Below, one piece after another: positions 9,723 to 18,960 of a stretch of 32,000 nucleotides of DNA (position 1 is the first letter of the stretch; the number at the start of each line of letters is the position of its first letter). Position numbers and translations under genes: made by a program. The notes under the pieces are model-generated. The model was not told the DNA's origin. It ran no database searches and worked only from the letters and a program-made list of their open reading frames with translations. The DNA is from an uncultured archaeon (GTDB taxonomy: Archaea; Asgardarchaeota; Lokiarchaeia; Sigyniarchaeales; Promethearchaeaceae): contig CAYRPF010000013.1 of assembly GCA_964426185.1 (NCBI GenBank), positions 21,896-53,895 of the forward strand, given 5' to 3'.

Positions 9723-10586
9723 TTAATAAGCAGAATAATAACCCACATTAGTTTTATAAATCCTAATGTCTTGGCTAAGTTGCTCTAAATACCCTTTTAA
9801 AGCGGTCAAATCCAGATGAAAAGCTTCTTGAATAGCTGAAACTGCTACCCCATCTCCTTCATCGTTTTTTTGAATGAATTTTACAATCTCATCCATAATT
9901 GTGAGAGAATGAAACGGATCATTTGAAGAAAGATCTTCTATTTCATCCGAAAGATTTTCAATATCATGTGAAATTTCTTCAATCATCTGATTCTCTGTTG
10001 AATCCGTACTGGGCAAAGACTCAAATTTTTTAACGTTTTCCTTCATATCTGGAAATTCTTTTGAATCAAAGTTAAATTCGGTAAAAGAAGTCGATTCTAC
10101 CTTCTCAATTTCTAAACGTGGCTTAAATTTACGGCGATGCAGTACTTTTAAAATATGATGAGTCTCCCAGTTTGGATCTTCAATTTTTCGTGCAAATTCT
10201 CCCACCAAGGAAATATTATTTCGGTAAAATCGTGGTTTTCCTACAACTTCCACCAAAATTCCTTTTTGAAGAAAGTTGTAATCCTTAATTTCTATCCCAA
10301 AAATCGTTACCCAAATTCTTCCCGTTCCATCATCAATTTGAAAGGAAATTCGTGCATTTTGGGTGAATGACTCATCTAAAAAGGATTCTTCTTGGTTTTC
10401 TGGAGCTGGTTCTTTTCGTATTGTTACAACTCCGAAAATTCTACAACGCTTTATTCGCCCGTAACGAGTTGAAACAACTTTTTCTTCTTCAATCCATTGG
10501 CCTTGTTGTAAATCTTGAATGAAAACATGTATCGCAGGGGGCGTATAAAAACGACTTCCGTCGGTTGTTGGATTCATTACACTCAT
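9723..10586 (-). CDS. RPA32/Rpa2-like protein (OB fold, acidic linker, C-terminal winged helix)
   Basis: R.FGVV, IDDGTGRI, G.LVEVVGKPR and DPNWETHH, plus a C-terminal HTH/wH (IVKFI..DEGDGV....I). GGTGA SD lies before ATG 10586; the ORF-track start is 10646. Confidence 0.78.
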   Translation of the reverse strand: MSVMNPTTDGSRFYTPPAIHVFIQDLQQGQWIEEEKVVSTRYGRIKRCRIFGVVTIRKEPAPENQEESFLDESFTQNARISFQIDDGTGRIWVTIFGIEIKDYNFLQKGILVEVVGKPRFYRNNISLVGEFARKIEDPNWETHHILKVLHRRKFKPRLEIEKVESTSFTEFNFDSKEFPDMKENVKKFESLPSTDSTENQMIEEISHDIENLSDEIEDLSSNDPFHSLTIMDEIVKFIQKNDEGDGVAVSAIQEAFHLDLTALKGYLEQLSQDIRIYKTNVGYYSAY

Positions 10587-10733
10587 TGTTTTAATCACCG
10601 GTGAAGAACAACCATAGGTTATTCTCACCACATTATTTAATAGCAATTTCCCTCATTTAAACGCAGATGTTTTTAGACAAATAATTTATCATCATCGTTT
10701 CGATTATTATTGTGTTCCCTTTTTTAACTTTCC

Positions 10734-11162
10734 CTACGTTGTTTTTTGTTTATCTATGATCTCGCGATGCATATTTTCGCAACGTTTTATCCACAATATT
10801 TCATAATCTGGGGTAGAAAGGATTCTAGACGCAAGATCACCAATCCAACTAATTTTCGATTCTTCACACCACTGCACACAGATATCATACAATTCCCAAT
10901 CTAAATCATCAGTATCCCATTCAATTGGGATAGTTTGATACCCTAATTGATACGCTAAAAATGCCCGATGATGTCCATCTGTGAAAAAGACCTTACCATG
11001 ACGTTTTTTTATAGGAACAGGTTCAAAATAAGAGAAATTCAATTCACCCTTTGTATCAATATATTTACTCTGTACTGCCTTCAGCTTATCCTTATTTAAG
11101 AATAATTGACTGGGGATAACTTGGGAAAGTGATATGTACTCAAAAAATTTGGAATCAACCAT
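10734..11162 (-). CDS. ParB/Sulfiredoxin-like domain protein
   Basis: PSQLFL, PVPI and TDGHHRAF motifs. ATG 11162 is preferred over TTG 11180. Confidence 0.7.
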   Translation of the reverse strand: MVDSKFFEYISLSQVIPSQLFLNKDKLKAVQSKYIDTKGELNFSYFEPVPIKKRHGKVFFTDGHHRAFLAYQLGYQTIPIEWDTDDLDWELYDICVQWCEESKISWIGDLASRILSTPDYEILWIKRCENMHREIIDKQKTT

Positions 11163-11425
11163 TAGATAAAATAAAAACAAGATTGTAATTATTTCTTTTT
11201 AAGATACATATTTATGGATATTGGAACTGGGAACAAAAATTTCCGCCAAAGTGCTGAAGTTCGCAATAATGAAACAATTCTATTTGAATATTGTAAAAAG
11301 ATTATCAGATCCAGAATATTTCCACAAATTTATTAAAATTATTGTTTCTCCTTTTTTTAATCATCCCACTATCCGAAAATCTTAATAGCCCCCATATCTT
11401 AACATCACATACTATCTTTTTCCAT

Positions 11426-11531
11426 AGCGAGATGGGCTAGATGCCGGTGAATTTCGCACCGTAGGCAATTCTGGTCTAGGCTGCAGGGCTCATAACCCTG
11501 AGATCGGGAGGTTCAAATCCCCCTCTCGCTA
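11426..11531 (+). tRNA. tRNA-iMet(CAT) with a ~29-nt insertion (putative intron, ~11441-11469) in the D-loop
   Basis: Acceptor AGCGAGA/TCTCGCT with A1-U72, anticodon arm CAGGG-CTCATAA-CCCTG (three G-C pairs) and T-loop TTCAAAT. Confidence 0.9.
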
Positions 11532-11827
11532 TTAATTCCATAATCTTATTTCAAAAAATTTTTGAAGTGTTGAAGCAGATCAAGAAAATATTTTCTAATT
11601 TCAATTTCTATTGATTTTTTTCTCTTTTCAGAGTAGATTTCAAGAATATATGTGTTTTCTTTCCAAAAGACTCTCTTTTTTCAGATTTACTCTAAAAAAA
11701 TCGTAAAATTGCAAAAAAACTTTGCTATCGATCAAAATTAGTTTAAAAGAAATTAGATGTAATAATGATTGAAAAAATTGTAATGAAGAACTTAAAAAAA
11801 GATTAGCTTTTAAGATTGAATTCCATA

Positions 11828-12535
11828 TCATACTTCATCTGCATATGGGGCAGGAGTCAAAAATCCCCATCCATTAAGAATTAAAGGAATAGTTTCCACG
11901 ATTTCAGCAATCCAAGTCAAACCCCAAACAGGATCTCCACCTATTGTCGCCCAAATTGGGCGAATAAATTGAAATATAATAAATAATAACTGGCCAATGG
12001 CAATCAACAGTGAGTTTATTTCCGGCATTCGCTTCCTCTTATATATCAAGAAAAACGAAATAACTGAAATTAAGACCGGAACAACTGAAATTGAAGCATT
12101 GATCAGTAATAGTTGTTGATAAGTTTGACAAATCAAAATTGCTGTAATTGAGCTAACGCTGAAAGATGAGGTGATTACCACCTGCCATTTTACCTTTCCT
12201 TCCATCCAAATTTCCAGCATTATAATTACATAAGGGATGATTACAAGCATAGGGCTAAAGAAAAAGCGTAATTTGATTAACTCTAACCCGTACGGTGAAT
12301 GGATCTCAGATAGATCTTTAAATGGCTGCCCATTGGAAAGATAGTAATAAACAAGTAGGTCGTAGATTTTCCCTACAGCATACATTACAAATGTAAGACC
12401 CATCAAGAAGGGAAAATCACTGAAATATCGTTTTGTTTGCCGTCTCCAGCGCCGAAACATTATGAAAGCAAGAATAAAAAGTCCTATTACTTTCAAGCCC
12501 GTTCCGAGTAAAATTGATGTAAATCCATTATTCAT
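11828..12535 (-). CDS. Uncharacterised polytopic membrane protein (~7 TM helices)
   Basis: Seven hydrophobic stretches, with basic loops after TM1 (RRWRRQTKR) and TM5 (KRKR). Confidence 0.75.
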   Translation of the reverse strand: MNNGFTSILLGTGLKVIGLFILAFIMFRRWRRQTKRYFSDFPFLMGLTFVMYAVGKIYDLLVYYYLSNGQPFKDLSEIHSPYGLELIKLRFFFSPMLVIIPYVIIMLEIWMEGKVKWQVVITSSFSVSSITAILICQTYQQLLLINASISVVPVLISVISFFLIYKRKRMPEINSLLIAIGQLLFIIFQFIRPIWATIGGDPVWGLTWIAEIVETIPLILNGWGFLTPAPYADEV

Positions 12536-12632
12536 TTTTTTCGCCTGAATTTTTTATATATGTATTAGCTTTTCTAAATTTTGTATCCGAAATGAAATCC
12601 TTCCGCCTATAAGTGTTTTCTTCTTATTATTC

Positions 12633-12677
12633 GGTAATCTGATTGGAAATATTGGTAATCTGATTGGAAATATTGGT
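12633..12677. repeat. Perfect 21-bp tandem repeat x2 (GGTAATCTGATTGGAAATATT)
   Basis: Units at 12633-12653 and 12654-12674, followed by GGT. Confidence 0.9.
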
Positions 12678-12785
12678 TTTTCGAATTTTTTTTGACCCAA
12701 TTTCCCTTCCTTATCTGATTTCAGCCGGCGCAGAGATACAGTGGAAGCAAATTCTGATCGAATACGGATATATTGGTAATATTAG

Positions 12786-12835
12786 AATTTGAGGAAAGGT
12801 TAAAAAATGCGAAATTTGATGAAGGTTAAAATATG
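12786..12835. repeat. Imperfect ~24-bp direct repeat x2
   Basis: AATTTGAGGAAAGGTTAAAAAATG (12786-12809) versus AATTTGATGAAGGTTAAAATATG (12813-12835). Confidence 0.7.
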
Positions 12836-12906
12836 AAAGATATACCCAAATACATTTCCAAATCAAAAAGGACAATTTTCTTAATTAGCGGAAGATTTTC
12901 AATCTC

Positions 12907-15090
12907 ATGGATTTGATTGAATTATTTCTTTCATTGATACAAAGCCCATTCTTTTTCATTTCATTAGCTTTTTGGGTAATTTCTTTTGTTCTTATCAAAA
13001 TTTTGGGGAAAAAACGGGATAATATCACCTTATTCTTTCCATTTCTGATTTTAATTCGATCAAAATGGTTAAACAAAACTTTTCATCGTATAGCAAAAAA
13101 AGCTCCGAGGTTTTGGAGAATTTTCTGGAACATAGGAATTGTGGTTTCCTTTCTTTTAATGCTGTATGCACTCTATTTCTTTATCTCAAATTTTATTCAA
13201 TTATTAATAAATCCCCAACCTGAAAACGCCATTGTTCCTTTGATCCCAGGTGTAACTATCGATTTACCCATATTTACGGCAATGATAGTTCCACTCTTAA
13301 TTACAATTACAATTCACGAATTTTCTCATGCAATTGCTGCAGAAACAGATGGAGTTAAAGTAAAATCATCAGGTATTATGGGAGGAGGCATTTTCTTCAT
13401 ATTTTTTTATGGTGCATTTGTCGAAGTTGATGAATTTCAATTATATACGAAAAAAGTAAAATCTTCTACACGATTACGAGTTGCAGCTGCAGGAGTTTGG
13501 TCAAATATTCTTCTAGCTGGAATTGTCTTTCTACTGTTATTTGTTTATCCTCAAACTATGAATTTAACCTATGAGACTCAAGGATTTCAAATTGTTGAAG
13601 TGGTTCCAAATATTGAAGGAGGATTTAATGAAGACAATATTTGGCCAGGAGATATTGTGAGCAGAGTGAACGGAACTACAATAAATAATTACGAAGGTCC
13701 AACTTTGACTCAAATACTACTCAATCAGACTACAGAACAAACTGGAATTCAATGTAGTATAGGGGATCATCTTATTTTTGAATGTTATAACACGACATCT
13801 CACCAATATTACAATAGAACAGTAATTTTAGGACATAGAGCATTTGTAGGTTTTTCCTATTTAGCAATAAATAACACCGCATTTACCATTACCAGTGTAG
13901 ATGATTCCATGCAAGGGGGAAATAATTTCGATAAAAACATTCTTGGGAAAAATATTACAGCAATCAATGGAACTAATATTGATTACAGCCAAAATAGCAC
14001 GCTTTCCAGTTTTCTTTCACAATATGTACCAAATTATGAATTAATTCTCACTGATAGTTGTGGAGAAAACACCTCGATTGATGTAAATTTTGAACCTCGG
14101 ATTGCCACAGCCTACTCTTTACGTAATATCTTTGTTGGAATCAATTTCACGAAAGTTAATTCCACACATATTCAGATCTCCCGAGTGCTTTCGAACCAAA
14201 CTGAGGGAGGAGTCAACGAAGGACGAATTAACGAAGGAATCCTTATTACGCATGTTAATGGTATAGCATTGAATTTAACCTCACAAAGTTTTCGTGAATT
14301 CGTAGATTCCATTATAAAGCCAAAAGTCGGTGATATTCTGGTAGTTACAGATATTACTGGACAAAATTATACTTTGAACACCGTGGCCATTCCTGTAAAT
14401 CCAATATATATCGGTTTTAACTCCCAAACATATGGTGTTCCTAAAAATTGGGTTGGACAAATAACAGGTCCAAATTTTCCAATTCATTATTATCAATTTC
14501 TTTTCTATACTTGGATGATTTCCTTCAGCTTAGCGCTCTTTAATTTACTTCCTGCGGGAATTTTTGATGGCGGTAGAATGATGAAAGAAGTAATTGCCAA
14601 AATAATTGGGGAAAAATACCATCCCAAAACAAAAAAAAAATTGAAGTATGAATTTAACCCAAAACAACCACAGCAGCACTTGTATACCCATAATATTCGA
14701 AAAATCCTTTCATGTTGTATATCTCCATCATCTGATTCAAACCAACGTTCAAAAGATAATTCTAAAACAAAGAATCCTTCTTTGGATCAAAGTCAAAAAC
14801 AACATGATTCCATTGAATCTGCTTCAATCAAAGCAAATTCGGAGTTAAATTTGGATTATATTGCATTAGATACAGCAGAAGATGGATTTCTTGATACCAT
14901 AGAAATCCGTTCAAAACCTCTGCCTGCTCCAAAAACCATAATTGAAGTCGAAGTCGAATTCGATCTGGATGAAAGAGAAAAACTGAAAAAGCGGGTTTTT
15001 CGGATAATTTCATGGATTACCGGAGGAGTAATAATTGCAAGTTTAATTATATCGCTTATAAAATTCAATAATACTTTGTTTTGGTTGTAA
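12907..15090 (+). CDS. Site-2 protease (peptidase M50) with three PDZ-like extracellular repeats
   Basis: HEFSH zinc motif, GAFVE, AAAGVWSN and NLLPAGIFDGG. Repeats of the type EGG.N...I..G..I..VNG. Confidence 0.92.
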   Translation: MDLIELFLSLIQSPFFFISLAFWVISFVLIKILGKKRDNITLFFPFLILIRSKWLNKTFHRIAKKAPRFWRIFWNIGIVVSFLLMLYALYFFISNFIQLLINPQPENAIVPLIPGVTIDLPIFTAMIVPLLITITIHEFSHAIAAETDGVKVKSSGIMGGGIFFIFFYGAFVEVDEFQLYTKKVKSSTRLRVAAAGVWSNILLAGIVFLLLFVYPQTMNLTYETQGFQIVEVVPNIEGGFNEDNIWPGDIVSRVNGTTINNYEGPTLTQILLNQTTEQTGIQCSIGDHLIFECYNTTSHQYYNRTVILGHRAFVGFSYLAINNTAFTITSVDDSMQGGNNFDKNILGKNITAINGTNIDYSQNSTLSSFLSQYVPNYELILTDSCGENTSIDVNFEPRIATAYSLRNIFVGINFTKVNSTHIQISRVLSNQTEGGVNEGRINEGILITHVNGIALNLTSQSFREFVDSIIKPKVGDILVVTDITGQNYTLNTVAIPVNPIYIGFNSQTYGVPKNWVGQITGPNFPIHYYQFLFYTWMISFSLALFNLLPAGIFDGGRMMKEVIAKIIGEKYHPKTKKKLKYEFNPKQPQQHLYTHNIRKILSCCISPSSDSNQRSKDNSKTKNPSLDQSQKQHDSIESASIKANSELNLDYIALDTAEDGFLDTIEIRSKPLPAPKTIIEVEVEFDLDEREKLKKRVFRIISWITGGVIIASLIISLIKFNNTLFWL

Positions 15091-15159
15091 TATCAAAATT
15101 TATGTGCTTTTTTTATTCACCCATATCGCATATGGAATAACTTACCTGAGGAAATTAAT

Positions 15160-16173
15160 GTGGATGAAATTATCAAGTGTACTTATTGCCAAAAACCAGC
15201 GGTTTACCATCGAAAGATATCAAATGAATATGTTTGTCCAGATCATTTTGTAAAAACCATCGAACGCAAAATCTTACGCACTGTGAGAAAATATAAAATG
15301 TTTTCTCCCATGGATAAACTTGCAGTCGGGGTTTCTGGAGGTAAAGATTCATTAGCAGTTTTATATAATGTAATCCAAATTCAAAGATCCCGCCAATCCT
15401 CCACAGAAATACATGCGATTTTAATTGATGAAGGAATCCATGGTTATCGAGAGGAAAGTGTGGAAATCGCAAAGAAATTTTGCAAAAAATGGCAGATTCC
15501 CCTACATATTCTAAGATTTCAAGAACATTTCGGATTAAGTTTGGATCAATGTATTCCGAATTTGCAAAACCTTTTAATAAATGCATGCACGGTTTGTGGA
15601 ACAGTCAGAAGACGCTTACTTAATGATAAAGCAAGAGAAATTGGAGCTAAATATTTGGTAATTGGACATAATTTGGATGATCAAGCAGAAACTTTCTTGC
15701 AAAATATAATACGAAATGATTTATCTCGAATTTTTCTCCATCCTCCTTGGGGAAACTTGCAAGTAGAATCGGGAATTTTTATCCCAAGAGTTAAGCCATT
15801 AATGGAAATTCCAGAATCAGAAATTACTCTTTATTGCTATTTTAAAAAATTTCCTATTCAAACAACTCCATGTCCTTATGTGGAACCATATTTTATTCTT
15901 AGAAAACAAGTGCAAACCTTTCTCAATCATTTGGAACATCAATCAGCCGAGGTTAAATATAATTTGTTACGAATGCATGAAAATATTCTTAAATTAAATA
16001 AACCAATTGAAAATTCTTCTAAGGATTTATCTGAATTAAAATCGTATCAGTTAATAAAAGAGAGAGTTAAATCAGAAATTACCCAATTCTGTAGCAATTG
16101 CCATGAACCTTCGGGAAATTCTCGAGATTTATGCTATTATTGTTTTCTTAAATCAAAATTAGGTCTAATTTAG
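15160..16173 (+). CDS. ncsA: tRNA 2-thiolation protein NcsA/TtuA/Ctu1 family
   Basis: N- and C-terminal Zn fingers, SGGKDS PP-loop, CTVCGTVRR, GHNLDD and CPY. Confidence 0.9.
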   Translation: MDEIIKCTYCQKPAVYHRKISNEYVCPDHFVKTIERKILRTVRKYKMFSPMDKLAVGVSGGKDSLAVLYNVIQIQRSRQSSTEIHAILIDEGIHGYREESVEIAKKFCKKWQIPLHILRFQEHFGLSLDQCIPNLQNLLINACTVCGTVRRRLLNDKAREIGAKYLVIGHNLDDQAETFLQNIIRNDLSRIFLHPPWGNLQVESGIFIPRVKPLMEIPESEITLYCYFKKFPIQTTPCPYVEPYFILRKQVQTFLNHLEHQSAEVKYNLLRMHENILKLNKPIENSSKDLSELKSYQLIKERVKSEITQFCSNCHEPSGNSRDLCYYCFLKSKLGLI

Positions 16174-16364
16174 AACAAAATTATGTGTTTTTCTACGAAG
16201 ATGTGCCAGAAGAGGGATAGTCAGAAAACATTTAAGAAAAAAAGAGGAAGATATTTTAGGACGCAAAATTATGGTTTAAAAGGAAAAAAGCAGAGGACAA
16301 TTTTTTTTAGGTGATGAAGTTACTATTTAATTTATCGTATGAAAAATAAGATTGGTTGATTTAG

Positions 16365-16910
16365 ATGGCGAAGAAAAAGCAGAACATGATTAATATAAAA
16401 CCGCTTGTTTTTAAAGGTCCGAAATACTTGATTCAAGTATTGGCTCAACAAGTGGAAGATGTAAAAGTTACTAAAGTAATTCAAACCTTTGTCTTAGAAA
16501 ATGCAAATATAAAAATGATGGTAGGTCGTGATGGCAAAACCATCTATTCAGGTGTTGTTAGATGGATTGGAAACCGAACAGATGGAACCAGGGGAACTGT
16601 ATTTTGTGTCCAAAAAGGTAGTAAAGATGGAGGAGAATTAAAAGTAATTATTCCTACAGAGGATACTGCTCAAGATATTGGATTAGATCCTGCAAAAGGA
16701 ATGATTAAAATAAATGCAAAAGAAAGTCTAAAATGTAGCGTGTGTGGAAAAGGAATCAGTATTTTTGATGAAGTTTTGGCTTGTCCCTTATGTAATTCGA
16801 AAGCTCATGCAGAACATCTATTAGAATGGATTTCTATGCGACACAGTTGTCCAATATGCAAAAAAGGTTTAGAATTGGATGAAGATAAGAATCCGATTCC
16901 GTCAGAATAA
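16365..16910 (+). CDS. RING-variant zinc-finger protein (putative E3 ligase) with a beta-rich N-terminal domain
   Basis: C-x2-C-x12-C-x2-C-x4-H-x2-H-x3-W-x6-C-P-x-C at the C-terminus. Confidence 0.75.
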   Translation: MAKKKQNMINIKPLVFKGPKYLIQVLAQQVEDVKVTKVIQTFVLENANIKMMVGRDGKTIYSGVVRWIGNRTDGTRGTVFCVQKGSKDGGELKVIIPTEDTAQDIGLDPAKGMIKINAKESLKCSVCGKGISIFDEVLACPLCNSKAHAEHLLEWISMRHSCPICKKGLELDEDKNPIPSE

Positions 16911-17035
16911 TTTTTTCTGTTTCTTGCTATCCACATTGCAGGGATCTATTTCATTCGAATTATTGTTATTATATGAGTTTAAATGATCTTATAGGAATAA
17001 TAAATAGATTTTAATGCCCAATACCATAATTAAAC

Positions 17036-18778
17036 GTGAAACTCATGAATTTAGATGAAACAATTCAGAAGATAATTAAAAAAACAGGTTTGACGCCAGA
17101 TCAAATTAAAAAAAAAATAGATGAACAAATTAAAGAACTCAGTGGTTTGGTTGATGAAGAAGGTGCGATAGTAATTGTTGCCAAAAATTTAGGCGTTGAT
17201 TTAAAAGAGAACAAATCAGCCGCAAATTTGGATACAGATCAACCGATTCGTGAGTTAAAACCTAATACTAACGCAACAATAGTGGGCAGAATTGTTAATA
17301 TTGGAGAAGTTAAAACCTTTAATAAAAAAGACGGCACACAAGGAAGTTTATTACCTTTTATAATAGAAGATGCAACCAGAATGATTCGGTGTGTAGCTTG
17401 GGGAGAATTCAATACTCAGATAATTAATGAAAATGGATTTTCAAATGGTGAAATTCTTAGGATAGTTAATGGATTTGTGAAACCTGGTCGAAATCAAAAT
17501 AGTTTAGAAATACACATAGGTTCCAAGAGTCGGATCCAATTACAACCCGATAATGTAGACGCAAAGATGCTCCCAAAAAAGGGGGATAGCAGCCTTAAAA
17601 TCACAAAAATCGCAGACTTATCACTTTCCCTACCCTTTGTCAATGTGGAAGGCATAATCTCTGGAATTTTCGGTCCAAAACCTTTTCAACGAAAAGATGG
17701 AGGGGAAGGAAAAAGAGCCTCGTTAAGCGTGCGAGATGACACTGATATTGTCTACATCACATTTTGGGGAGATCACTGCGACAAAATCAAGGGTATTCAA
17801 GAAAATCAATATGCACAAATAACTTATTTGACTCCTAAACCAAATTATCGTGATAAAACAAAAATTGATTTAACGGCATCTACTCAGACTAAAATAATAC
17901 CAATTACCCCTAAAGATGGATCTGGTTCAATTGAGATAAAAAAAATTGTCGCTCAGCCAAAATCTATAAAAGAGCTAGCTACTAAAGGAGGTTTTGGGAC
18001 AATTGAAGGCGTAATTCAAGAAATTGAAGAGAATCGAAAAATCACAACGAGAGACGGCAAGGAAATTGATTTGATGAAAATTGTTGTAGCAGATGAAACA
18101 GGTGCAATTAGGGTCAATTTATGGGGGGAAAAAGTAGATCCAACCTTAAAAGTTAATCAAACTTATCGATTTGAAGAAATTTCTGTTAAACTTAGTACTT
18201 TTTCTAATCAATATGAAGGAACTTTAACTAGAACTGGAAAAATCATTCCCAGTGAAAAAAAAATTACTACTCAACATACTCTTGCACAAGTTTCTAAATT
18301 TTCACCTGCAAAAGAAGCATCAATTGAAGAAATAAGTCAAGCTGAGTTTTACTCCATTAAAGCCACCTTAATTCGAGATATTCGGCGAATTACCATCTAT
18401 CGAGCATGTTCAAAATGCAATCGTAAAGTAGATAACTGCCAATGTGACTCTCCAGGAGAACCCGTGAATCGAATGATTTTAAACGTGGAATTAGATGATG
18501 AAACAGGTTTATTGCGAGCCACTTTGATGGGTGAACGCGCAGAAGCGTTTCTTAATACTAAAACGGATAGGATTAAAGAATTAGAAGATATGGGTGAACT
18601 AGAACATTTTTTGAAGCAAAAAAATCTCGAATTGGTCGGACGTGAATTTGAATTCCGTGGAAAGACTCGTTACTCTGATTATTCCAATAATTATGAAATG
18701 AGCATTAATTACTTTGAACCGTTAAACTCGAAAGAAGAAATCCAGAGATTATTGGCAGAACTTGAAAACGATGAATAA
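17036..18778 (+). CDS. Replication protein A large subunit (helical N-domain, 3 OB folds, Zn-finger OB fold)
   Basis: SGLVDEEGA..IVAK.LG N-domain, repeated D.TG..R..W motifs, and YRACSKCNRKV..CQC followed by LDDETG. Confidence 0.9.
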   Translation: MKLMNLDETIQKIIKKTGLTPDQIKKKIDEQIKELSGLVDEEGAIVIVAKNLGVDLKENKSAANLDTDQPIRELKPNTNATIVGRIVNIGEVKTFNKKDGTQGSLLPFIIEDATRMIRCVAWGEFNTQIINENGFSNGEILRIVNGFVKPGRNQNSLEIHIGSKSRIQLQPDNVDAKMLPKKGDSSLKITKIADLSLSLPFVNVEGIISGIFGPKPFQRKDGGEGKRASLSVRDDTDIVYITFWGDHCDKIKGIQENQYAQITYLTPKPNYRDKTKIDLTASTQTKIIPITPKDGSGSIEIKKIVAQPKSIKELATKGGFGTIEGVIQEIEENRKITTRDGKEIDLMKIVVADETGAIRVNLWGEKVDPTLKVNQTYRFEEISVKLSTFSNQYEGTLTRTGKIIPSEKKITTQHTLAQVSKFSPAKEASIEEISQAEFYSIKATLIRDIRRITIYRACSKCNRKVDNCQCDSPGEPVNRMILNVELDDETGLLRATLMGERAEAFLNTKTDRIKELEDMGELEHFLKQKNLELVGREFEFRGKTRYSDYSNNYEMSINYFEPLNSKEEIQRLLAELENDE

Positions 18779-18960
18779 TTTGTTTTAAGGGTTTACAACT
18801 CCACCTAGTTTTTTTAAATTCTTATGATTGATGATGGTTAGTGGGATATATAAGGAAAAACTTTTGATAACAATAATAGATGTAAAAAATCCTTCATCCA
18901 TTAAATGGATAATTGGTGATTGGATTTTTCTTGAGAGAAATAAATTGAGGTTACCTTATC

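Noticed and set aside
11640-11831. 63-aa ORF overlapping the stop of the 7TM gene
   Set aside because: Low-complexity F/L/S-rich translation of AT-rich DNA. The ATGA overlap alone is not enough support.
11828-12535. Rhodopsin (schizorhodopsin/heliorhodopsin)
   Set aside because: No DxxxK/SxxxK retinal-binding lysine in the last helix.
12633-12677. Possible CRISPR repeat
   Set aside because: Only two head-to-tail units, with no spacers and no cas genes.
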